A DNA stretch of 32,000 bases, taken from NCBI GenBank assembly GCA_947627435.1, contig CANQWB010000004.1:19331-51330 (forward strand). Reading direction: 5' to 3'. Under the pieces are notes generated by a model. That model was not told the DNA's origin, ran no database searches, and saw nothing but the letters and a program-made list of their open reading frames with translations. Source of the DNA: an uncultured Bacilli bacterium (GTDB taxonomy: Bacteria; Bacillota_I; Bacilli_A; RF39; UBA660). Made by a program: the position numbers and the translations under genes. Of the stretch, positions 23,705-31,511 are shown one piece after another (position 1 is the stretch's first letter; the number at the start of each line of letters is the position of its first letter).

Positions 23705-24988
23705 TTAGTTCTTCTCTATCTTTTCTATTCCACCCATATAAGGCTGTAATGCTTTTGGTATTAGAATACTTCCGTCTTCTTGATAATTGTTTTCTATGAG
23801 AGCAATGAGTCCTCTTGGAGTAGCTAATACCGTGTTATTTAAAGTTGAAACTAAATAGTTGCCATTTTCCCCCTTAGCTCGAATACTTAATCTTCTTGCT
23901 TGCGCATCTCCTAAAGTAGAACATGATCCAACTTCGAAATATTTTTGTTGTCTTGGACTCCATGCTTCAACATCACAAGATTTTACTTTTAAATCGGCCA
24001 AATCACCACTACAACATTCCAGTGTTCTAACTGGAACATCTAAACTTCTAAAAAATTCTACCGTATAACTCCACATCTTATTATACCATTCCATAGCGTC
24101 TTCAGGTTTACATAAAACAACCATTTCTTGTTTTTCAAATTGATGTACACGATAAAGTCCTCTTTCTTCCAATCCATGAGATCCTACTTCTTTTCTAAAA
24201 CATGGTGAATAAGAAGTAAGAGCAAGTGGAAGTTCTTCTTCTTTTATCAATTGTCCTTTAAACTTACCAATCATAGAATGTTCACTCGTACCAATTAAGT
24301 ATAAATCTTCATTTTCAATTTTATACATCATAGCATCCATTTCCGCAAAAGACATAACACCATTCACAACATCACTACGAATCATAAATGGAGGTACACA
24401 ATAAGTAAAACCTTTATCAATCATAAAATCCCTTGCATAACTAATCATAGCAGAATGTAATCTTGCAATATCGCCCATTAAATAATAGAAACCATTACCA
24501 CTGGTTCTACCAGCACTTTCTTTATCTAATCCATTCAAAGCTTCACAAATATCAGCATGATGGGGAATTTCGTAATTTGGAACAAGCGGTTCGCCAAAAC
24601 GTTCTATTTCAACATTCTCACTATCATCCTTTCCAATTGGAACACTGTCATCAATGATGTTTGGAATTGTCATCATAATTTTTGTAATTTGAGCATCCAA
24701 TTCTTCTACTTGTTTCGTTAAAACATCAATTGTATCTCCATATTTTGCGACTTCTTGTTTGATTGCCTCTGCTTCTTCTTTTTTGCCATCACGCATAAAT
24801 GCACCAATCTCTGCACTCTTACGATTACGGTCTGCTCGCAAACGTTCCATTTCCATCAATTGGTCTTTTTTTTGATCATACAATTCGACTACTTGATCAA
24901 CAAGTGGTAATTTCTCGTCTTGAAATTTTTTACGAATATTTTCTTTTACTTTCTCACTATTTTCTTTTAAAAATTTAATATCGATCAT
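23705..24988 (-). CDS. serS: Seryl-tRNA synthetase
   Basis: 427 aa. The N-terminus is the coiled-coil tRNA-binding arm (MIDIKFLKEN...). The class II core contains GTSEHS, FRKEVGSHG, RVHQFEKQE and GSCSTLGDAQARR. A Ser-specific T-box lies upstream. Confidence 0.95.
   Translation of the reverse strand: MIDIKFLKENSEKVKENIRKKFQDEKLPLVDQVVELYDQKKDQLMEMERLRADRNRKSAEIGAFMRDGKKEEAEAIKQEVAKYGDTIDVLTKQVEELDAQITKIMMTIPNIIDDSVPIGKDDSENVEIERFGEPLVPNYEIPHHADICEALNGLDKESAGRTSGNGFYYLMGDIARLHSAMISYARDFMIDKGFTYCVPPFMIRSDVVNGVMSFAEMDAMMYKIENEDLYLIGTSEHSMIGKFKGQLIKEEELPLALTSYSPCFRKEVGSHGLEERGLYRVHQFEKQEMVVLCKPEDAMEWYNKMWSYTVEFFRSLDVPVRTLECCSGDLADLKVKSCDVEAWSPRQQKYFEVGSCSTLGDAQARRLSIRAKGENGNYLVSTLNNTVLATPRGLIALIENNYQEDGSILIPKALQPYMGGIEKIEKN
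23730..23769 (-). repeat. right copy of the 40-nt imperfect direct repeat (inside the functional serS 3' end)
   Basis: See 22420-22459. This copy encodes ILIPKALQPYMGG of the intact serS. Confidence 0.8.
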
Positions 24989-25012
24989 ATCAATTCCTCT
25001 TTCCTATTTTTC

Positions 25013-25205
25013 AATAAAAAAGCTATTAGTATAGGAGCATTTGATGCGGTACCATCCTACTAATAACTTACTTTAGATAACGGTATTACCGGAAATGTTT
25101 ACATTTCTCTTGAGAGTAGATTCATAAACAATTATGATTCGTTTGCATCAACCACGAACTTTCTTCTACATAACTCATTTATTACTAGTCTCTCATCACT
25201 GATTT
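25013..25205 (-). promoter_or_regulatory. T-box riboswitch leader with a serine (UCU) specifier, upstream of serS
   Basis: Read on the minus strand. The K-turn region is GATGAGAGAC. AGTA is followed by helix ATAAATGA/TTGTTTAT. The specifier loop is GAA-TCT-A, with the codon being the complement of 25118-25120. The F-box CCGTTA is present. The T-box core is AGGATGGTACCGC (about 25046-25058). The antiterminator is TAGGA[TGGTACC]GCAT-CAA-ATGC-TCCTA, followed by GCTTTTTTATT. Confidence 0.85.
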
Positions 25206-25243
25206 ATAGTTTTATTTTAACATATTAAACCTAGATAGTCAAT

Positions 25244-27841
25244 CTATTTAGCTTGATACCAATTGTCTCCATATTCGATATCTACTTTAAATGGAACGTC
25301 TAAATCTAACACATGTTCCATACATTCCGTTACAATCGCAATCACTTGATCTTTTTCTTCTTCTAACGTATCGAAAACCAGTTCATCGTGTACTTGTAAA
25401 ATCATTTTTGACTTGATATTTTCTTCACGGAAACGTCTATCAATATCCACCATTGCTTTTTTAATCATATCTGCACTCGTACCTTGAATTGGTGTATTTA
25501 AAGCAATTCTTTCTCCACTCGAACGAATCATACGATTCTTATTACTTAACTCTGGAATCAAACGTTTACGATTCATCAAAGTACGCACAAATCCATCTTG
25601 GTAAGCCTGCAGAATGGTAGAATCCATATATTCTTTGATACCTGGATAACTTTCAAAATAATTATCAATAAATTTTTTAGCTTCTGTTGGCGTAATACCA
25701 ACATTTTCTGATAATCCATAACTACTAATTCCGTAGATAATTCCAAAATTAACAGCTTTGGCAATACGACGCATTTCTTTCGTTACTTGATTTTCTTCTA
25801 CATGAAAAATATCAGCAGCCGTTTTGGTATGGACATCTACTTCTCGCTTGAATGTTTCAATCAAAGCTTCCACATGGGCCATATGCGCTAAAATACGAAG
25901 TTCCACCTGAGAATAATCACCACTAATGATAATCGAATTGGGACTTGGAACAAAGGCTTTACGAATGAGTCTTCCATATTCATAACGAATGGGTATATTT
26001 TGTAAATTAGGATCAATAGAAGATAAACGTCCGGTACGTGTTAAAGTCTGTGTAAAAATAGTATGAATTTTGCCATCTTCTAATATTGTATTGGTTAATC
26101 CTTCAATATAAGTGGTATAAAGCTTACTAAGCATACGATATTCCATAATTTTATTGATGATAGGATGTTCGTTTTGTATCTTATTTAAAATATCGGCAGA
26201 GGTCGAATATCCACTACGATTCTTTTTGCCATGAGGCAATTGCAATTTTTCAAATAGAATTTCACCTAACTGTTTTGGAGATGAAATATTAAATGTACAC
26301 CCTGCATCATTATAGATATCCTTTTCTACCAGTTCCATTTTAATTTGGATTTCTTCACCCATTTTTTTGAGTTCTTCCCTATCAATATGCACACCATTAT
26401 ATTCCATATCAGAAAGAACACGTGCTAAAGGAAGTTCTACTTGCTCATATAAATCCCATAGGTTTTCTTCTTTCAATTGATTTTCAAAAGTAACTTTTGT
26501 TTCATAAATAAATTTAGCTTTTAAAATAGCATTTTGAGCAGTCATTTTTGGATTTTCTTCGATATAAATATCTTTGGTTTTCATTTTCTTATAGATATTT
26601 TCATAGAAAGGAACTTCATAACGAAATTGATTGGCAAGATAAGCAATATCATCTTTGATATTATAATCCAATAAATAAGCTGCAATCATAGTATCAAACT
26701 CAATATGGTTTAATTCCATATGTTGCCATTTTAAAGCAGTATAGATTTTTTTATAGTCATATGTATAATAAATTTGATCTAAAATACGCGGATCTTCTTT
26801 TAAAACATCAATTGGAATATAGAAAGAATTTTCATCATTATAAATAGCAAGTCCTAAGATAGGTGCAGTATGGTAGTTGACACCTAGAATTTCTAAATAT
26901 CCTGCACTTGGTTTTGTCACATGTACTTCTGACATATGCGTAATAATCTTACAATTATTTTGTACCAAATTTGGTGTCATAGCATCTTCTTTTCTAAGAA
27001 GCGAGTAAAATTCTAGTTCCTCATACATTTGATTCAATTTTACATGATCTTTTGGTTTACATTTCACATCTTCCATATGAATTTCCATTGGGACATTACG
27101 AACAATCGTCGCTAAATGATAACTCATATAAGCATCGTCTTTACTAGTTTCTAATTTTTCCCTCATTTTAGGAGTAAATGCATCTAAATTTGCATAAACA
27201 CCATCTAATGTTTCATAATCTTGTAACATCTTTAAAGCAGTTTTCTCGCCCACTCCACGTACTCCTGGAATATTATCCGATGAATCTCCCATCAAAGCCT
27301 TTAAATCAATGACATGAATAGGGTCAATTCCATAATCTTTACGGAATGTTTCTTTGTTATAACGAATGTAATCTTTTTGTTTTAATAATTTCATATCAAT
27401 ATCATCGCTAATTAACTGTAATAAGTCTTTATCGCTACTAATAATTGTTCCAACAAAATTAGGATCTTCATCACAAAAAGACGCAAATGTACCTAAAATA
27501 TCATCAGCTTCATAGTTATCACATTCATAATACTGAATTCCCATATAAGTTAACATTTCCTTCGCTTTTGGAAATTGCATTTTTAATTCTTCTGGTGTTT
27601 CACTACGACCACCTTTATAATCTTTATACTCTGCATGACGGAATGTTTTTCCTTTATCAAATGCAACAATCATATAAGTTGGTTTTTCTTCTAGTATGAT
27701 TTTATTCATCATATTTGCAAATCCAAATAGTGCATTGGTTGGAAATCCTTTACTATTGCTCATAATATTTCCACTATATGCGGTTGCATAATAACTACGA
27801 AATAATAAGTTATTACCATCTACTAAAATTATCTTTTCCAC
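25244..27841 (-). CDS. polA: DNA polymerase I
   Basis: 865 aa. The GTG start has GAGGGA 6 nt upstream. The 5'-nuclease domain reads ILVDGNNLLFRSYYA...GDSSDNIPGVRGVGEKTA. The polymerase motifs are DYSQVELRILAH (motif A), RRIAKAVNFGIIYG (motif B) and QVHDEL (motif C). Confidence 0.95.
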   Translation of the reverse strand: MEKIILVDGNNLLFRSYYATAYSGNIMSNSKGFPTNALFGFANMMNKIILEEKPTYMIVAFDKGKTFRHAEYKDYKGGRSETPEELKMQFPKAKEMLTYMGIQYYECDNYEADDILGTFASFCDEDPNFVGTIISSDKDLLQLISDDIDMKLLKQKDYIRYNKETFRKDYGIDPIHVIDLKALMGDSSDNIPGVRGVGEKTALKMLQDYETLDGVYANLDAFTPKMREKLETSKDDAYMSYHLATIVRNVPMEIHMEDVKCKPKDHVKLNQMYEELEFYSLLRKEDAMTPNLVQNNCKIITHMSEVHVTKPSAGYLEILGVNYHTAPILGLAIYNDENSFYIPIDVLKEDPRILDQIYYTYDYKKIYTALKWQHMELNHIEFDTMIAAYLLDYNIKDDIAYLANQFRYEVPFYENIYKKMKTKDIYIEENPKMTAQNAILKAKFIYETKVTFENQLKEENLWDLYEQVELPLARVLSDMEYNGVHIDREELKKMGEEIQIKMELVEKDIYNDAGCTFNISSPKQLGEILFEKLQLPHGKKNRSGYSTSADILNKIQNEHPIINKIMEYRMLSKLYTTYIEGLTNTILEDGKIHTIFTQTLTRTGRLSSIDPNLQNIPIRYEYGRLIRKAFVPSPNSIIISGDYSQVELRILAHMAHVEALIETFKREVDVHTKTAADIFHVEENQVTKEMRRIAKAVNFGIIYGISSYGLSENVGITPTEAKKFIDNYFESYPGIKEYMDSTILQAYQDGFVRTLMNRKRLIPELSNKNRMIRSSGERIALNTPIQGTSADMIKKAMVDIDRRFREENIKSKMILQVHDELVFDTLEEEKDQVIAIVTECMEHVLDLDVPFKVDIEYGDNWYQAK

Positions 27842-27977
27842 TCTACATCCCTCATTTTTATTATTATATCATAATCATGAAATAGAATTCTAGTAGCAGA
27901 AAGATTAGTACATATGAAAAATCACTTGTGAAATTCTTTAGAAATCGGTTATAATAATACTACCGGAGTGTGGTGAT

Positions 27978-28925
27978 ATGATATGGAATATTTTACTACT
28001 TGTTTTAGGTTTTCTATTCTTAATAAAAGGAGCTGATATTTTTGTAGATGGAGCATCCTCTACTGCTCAAAATTTTAAAGTATCCAAAATATTGATTGGT
28101 TTAACAATTGTGGCTTTTGGAACTTCTGCTCCAGAATTTGCAGTTTCCATGCAAGCACTTGCCAATCATAGTACAGATATGGTACTTGGAAATGTCATAG
28201 GTAGTAATATTTTAAATATTTTACTCATTTTAGGTGTTTCTGCATTCATTCATCCAATCCATATTAAGCGAAATACCATTCAAAAAGAACTACCACTTTG
28301 TATGTTAATATCTACGGTACTGGTTGTTTTATTCTTAGATATTGAATTAGGTAATGGACTCGTGAATCAAATTACGAAAGCAGATGCACTCATTATATTA
28401 TTATTCTTTTCTATTTTCTTATATTATTTGATTACGCTTGCCAAACAAAAGAAAAAAGAAAAAGAAAATCAACCATCTTTTTCATTAGGTAAATCTCTAC
28501 TTTTGGTTATATTAGGATTAATTGGTATTATTATTGGTAGCGACTTAGTGGTTGAAAATGCTTCGCAAATTGCTGCTATACTTGGAATGAGTGAACGTGT
28601 AATATCACTTACCATTATTGCTTTTGGTACATCTTTACCTGAATTTGTTACATCCATTGTGTCATCTAAAAAACAAGAACAAGAACTATTATTAGGAAAT
28701 ATTATAGGTAGTAACATTTTTAATATATGTGTTGTTTTAGGAATTCCATGTGCTATTTATGGTACCATTACATCATCTAGTTTTGCAATATTAGATCTTA
28801 TTATGCTAATTGGTTCATCAATTCTGTTATTCTTATTTGCAACCACACACAAAACCATCCAAAGATGGGAAGGCGCTATTATGGTCATAACATTTATTCT
28901 ATATTATATTTTTACCTTTGTTTGA
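27978..28925 (+). CDS. CaCA-family sodium/calcium antiporter (YrbG-like)
   Basis: 315 aa. There are two alpha-repeat signatures, GLTIVAFGTSAPEFAVS...GNVIGSNILNILLILG and SLTIIAFGTSLPEFVTS...GNIIGSNIFNICVVLG. Confidence 0.85.
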   Translation: MIWNILLLVLGFLFLIKGADIFVDGASSTAQNFKVSKILIGLTIVAFGTSAPEFAVSMQALANHSTDMVLGNVIGSNILNILLILGVSAFIHPIHIKRNTIQKELPLCMLISTVLVVLFLDIELGNGLVNQITKADALIILLFFSIFLYYLITLAKQKKKEKENQPSFSLGKSLLLVILGLIGIIIGSDLVVENASQIAAILGMSERVISLTIIAFGTSLPEFVTSIVSSKKQEQELLLGNIIGSNIFNICVVLGIPCAIYGTITSSSFAILDLIMLIGSSILLFLFATTHKTIQRWEGAIMVITFILYYIFTFV

Positions 28926-28936
28926 TATTAAAAATT

Positions 28937-28971
28937 AAAAAAGAAAATAGTTTATTCTATTTTCTTTTTTT
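28937..28971. terminator. bidirectional intrinsic terminator between the convergent antiporter and pilin-like genes
   Basis: AAAA-AAGAAAATAG-tttatt-CTATTTTCTT-TTTT. The 10-bp stem is flanked by an A run and a T run. Confidence 0.65.
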
Positions 28972-29102
28972 AACTCTCGTATTTTCTGTATAAAACAATA
29001 AAATTCTGAATCATAAAATTTTAAAAACATTGGATATTAACCAATGTTTAAATTGTTAGAAACTTATTATCGATAAAAGAAATAACTACTCTCAAACCTT
29101 TA

Positions 29103-30617
29103 TTAGTTGGTTTTAATAAGGCGAGCACCGCTAACACCGTCAGCAAGAGACGAATTACTGTGAAATGCCCAATTCCACAAACCAGAACGTTGATCAAAGT
29201 CATGCCTATCGCCGACACGAACAGTCATATTACCGTTTGCTTGCCAATAATAATCCGGAATATAGGTACTGTCACTTCCACCCATATTTGTTGGAAAACT
29301 GATTAATGGATTGTTTGAATCATATCCTAGTTTTGTAACCCAACCATCATTTGTTGAATTCTTATATCCAATTGGTTGATAACATCCATCAAACTTATCT
29401 GATTGATACTTGCTTGGATCATAACATACATATGCTTGATGATCTTGAATATTTATTCCATCTACAAATTGCCATATATTTCCATAGATATCTTCCATTC
29501 CTCTATATATCATAGAATGCTTTCCATCATTTTCTAACGTGCCTGATTTCATTCCTAAATCATTACATCCACCACTAGATATTGATGCACCATTAGATAT
29601 AGCATTAGATGTAGCATTACTTGTAGATGTATATCCTTTTCCAAGTTTCTCTTGAGAATCATAATCTGCATATTCCACTAAATATAATAATTGAATAATA
29701 AAATAATGGTAATCTAATTGATTGAATTCAGACCCTAACTTTCTTGCATATTCTCTAAATTCATTTATTTTCTTACTCGTTAATGGTTGTACCCCACTTT
29801 TACTATGTACCTTCTCATCTTCTCCTAACGACATCGTATATCTTCCTATTGAAAATTCATCACTTCTTGTATATCCTTCTATGTTTTTATTGGATATCAA
29901 TATATATTCATAGCCATTTTCTTGATATCTCTTATAATAGAATGTTGGTATATATGTTAGTACTTCTCCTTTACTTCCATCAAATTTGAATTTATCTTTT
30001 TCTTCATTATACCAACTGGTTACTTCTTTTTTCTCTACATCATATGTATATGTCTCTATATCACTCCATGGATATACACTATCAAAATCATTTTTTACAT
30101 TTGTTGCATCTGGTCCTATTTGGGCATTTGCTGTTAAATCTATTCCATCATCTATTCTTTCCCATTCTGTTGATTCACTTTCTATATTTCTTTTTACTCC
30201 ATATATTTTTGTTGTTTGATTAGCTTTTTCTGATGCTTTCATCTCACATTCTTTTCTTGTGACTATGGTTGGTTCTTCATCTAAAAATTTCTTTTCGATA
30301 CAGTATTTTCCATATTTTGCTATAATACTCATATTTCCTAAACTATCATAGATGAGTTCTCCACTATCTGGTTTACTTCCTTTTATATCTAAAGTATCAC
30401 CAGTTAAATCGATTTCAGTTTCTCTTACTCCATCCAACATCGCTTCTGCTTGATATTGTTCTCCTGCTTCTAATAAGCCATTCACTGATTGGATGGCTGC
30501 TCCCTTTCTTGCTTTCTCAATCACTCCCATAATCATTGGCGTTGCGATTAGTGCGATAATTGCGAGTATTACGATTACTGCCAACAATTCTATTAATGTA
30601 AATCCTTTTTTCTTCAT
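29103..30617 (-). CDS. Prepilin-type (type IV pilin/pseudopilin class) N-terminal methylation-motif protein with a large C-terminal domain of uncertain (lectin/FGE-sulfatase-like) fold
   Basis: I set the start at the ATG at 30617 (MKKKG|FTLIELLAVIVILAIIALIATP), which has GAAAGGA 9 nt upstream. The G-FTLIE cleavage/methylation motif is at 30588-30605, followed by the hydrophobic helix. The C-terminus carries YRGMEDIYGNIWQFVDG and a terminal ...RSGLWNWAF...GARL block. These are reminiscent of FGE-sulfatase/C-type-lectin-fold and phage fibre-tip domains, from memory. Confidence 0.75.
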   Translation of the reverse strand: MKKKGFTLIELLAVIVILAIIALIATPMIMGVIEKARKGAAIQSVNGLLEAGEQYQAEAMLDGVRETEIDLTGDTLDIKGSKPDSGELIYDSLGNMSIIAKYGKYCIEKKFLDEEPTIVTRKECEMKASEKANQTTKIYGVKRNIESESTEWERIDDGIDLTANAQIGPDATNVKNDFDSVYPWSDIETYTYDVEKKEVTSWYNEEKDKFKFDGSKGEVLTYIPTFYYKRYQENGYEYILISNKNIEGYTRSDEFSIGRYTMSLGEDEKVHSKSGVQPLTSKKINEFREYARKLGSEFNQLDYHYFIIQLLYLVEYADYDSQEKLGKGYTSTSNATSNAISNGASISSGGCNDLGMKSGTLENDGKHSMIYRGMEDIYGNIWQFVDGINIQDHQAYVCYDPSKYQSDKFDGCYQPIGYKNSTNDGWVTKLGYDSNNPLISFPTNMGGSDSTYIPDYYWQANGNMTVRVGDRHDFDQRSGLWNWAFHSNSSLADGVSGARLIKTN

Positions 30618-30663
30618 TTTCTTCATTCCTTTCACTTCTTTAGACAATAAAAAAAGAGGGTTA

Positions 30664-30673
30664 CCCCCCCCCC
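30664..30673 (-). repeat. G10 homopolymer (C10 on the plus strand) in the leader of the pilin-like gene
   Basis: I counted 10 consecutive C at 30664-30673. The tract lies 46 nt upstream of the ATG at 30617. It is flanked by a 7-nt tandem repeat, (TTTGCTA)x2, on the minus strand, and followed by TAACCC and T7. Confidence 0.9.
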
Positions 30674-30741
30674 GTTTACAAATAGCAAATAGCAAAGTAT
30701 CTCCTACTTACAAACTATTCTATGATTTATTTGACATCTCA

Positions 30742-30750
30742 ATTATAACA
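30742..30750 (-). promoter_or_regulatory. extended -10 promoter element (TGTTATAAT) for the pilin-like gene
   Basis: The minus strand reads TGTTATAAT, immediately after the ABC-operon terminator. I see no good -35 element. Confidence 0.4.
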
Positions 30751-30781
30751 AAAAAGAATCTCTTTGACAAGATTCTTTTTT
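30751..30781 (-). terminator. intrinsic terminator after the ABC ATPase gene
   Basis: AAAAAGAATCT-(8-nt loop)-AGATTCTTTTT forms an 11-bp stem. It lies 19 nt past the stop at 30800. Confidence 0.65.
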
Positions 30782-30799
30782 ATGCTAACAATATTTCCC

Positions 30800-31507
30800 T
30801 TACCCCCAAGGAATTTCTCGAGGATTCATACGAGTTTTATTTTCTTTAATATCTACAATTTTTCCACTATTCATACGTACAACACGATCTCCAATTAAAG
30901 CAATACCAGGATTATGCGTTACAATAATCATTGTAGTACCTAATTTTTCATTTGCTTCAACTAAAGATTTTAAAACAATCTTACCTGTTTTTTCATCCAA
31001 TGCACCTGTTGGTTCATCACAGAACATCACACTTGGATTTTTAGCAAGAGCCCTTGCAATAGAAACTCTCTGTTGCTCTCCACCTGATAATTGATACATA
31101 TATTTTTTCTTATGACGTTTTAACCCTACAGTATCAATAATTTTATCAATATCTACTTTAGTATGTCCTAAAGAAGCCCCAACCAAAACATTTTCATATA
31201 CATTTAAGTGTTCTAGTAAATTGTAAGTTTGAAAAATAAAACCTAAATTTTTCTTACGGAACTGTGTCATTTTATAATCACGATATTTTGCAATGTTTTT
31301 TCCTTCATATAGAATTTTTCCTTTGCTTACCTTATCCAATCCAGAAATAACATTCAGTAGTGTTGTTTTTCCACTTCCACTAGGTCCTAATATGACAATA
31401 ATTTCTCCCTTACGTACAGAAAGAGAAACATCAGATAAAGCTTGGCTTCCTACTTTACCTAACTGATATGTTTTATATATATTTTGAATTTCAATTAAAT
31501 TTTCCAT
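30800..31507 (-). CDS. ABC transporter ATP-binding protein (MacB/LolD/FtsE-like subfamily)
   Basis: 235 aa. Walker A is GPSGSGKTT, the Q-loop is FQTYNL, the signature is LSGGEQQR, Walker B is VMFCDEPTGALD, and the H-loop is VTHN. Confidence 0.9.
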   Translation of the reverse strand: MENLIEIQNIYKTYQLGKVGSQALSDVSLSVRKGEIIVILGPSGSGKTTLLNVISGLDKVSKGKILYEGKNIAKYRDYKMTQFRKKNLGFIFQTYNLLEHLNVYENVLVGASLGHTKVDIDKIIDTVGLKRHKKKYMYQLSGGEQQRVSIARALAKNPSVMFCDEPTGALDEKTGKIVLKSLVEANEKLGTTMIIVTHNPGIALIGDRVVRMNSGKIVDIKENKTRMNPREIPWG

Positions 31508-31511
31508 ATCT

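Larger units (their letters stand above)
22460..23769. mobile_element. about 1.3 kb Fic-gene islet bounded by the serS-3'-end direct repeats (integrated-element remnant; no recombinase present)
   Basis: The segment lies between or including the 40-nt repeats. It contains only a strong promoter, the Fic gene and 165 nt of spacer. It supplies the present serS tail (…PYMGGIEKIEKN*). Confidence 0.45.

Noticed and set aside
30618-30695. N-terminal extension of the pilin-like ORF from a TTG at 30695 (MLFAICKRGGGNPLFLLSKEVKG...).
   Set aside because: There is no RBS before the TTG. The canonical short prepilin leader MKKKG|FTLIE, with a well-spaced GAAAGGA RBS, starts at 30617. The extension would place 30 residues before the class III signal, which is atypical. 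It is retained only as a caveat in the G10 finding.
30493-30849. 118-aa plus-strand ORF across the pilin gene start, its leader and the ABC gene end.
   Set aside because: It is antisense to two supported genes and crosses a terminator. Its translation is compositionally odd (poly-I/F) and it has no RBS.
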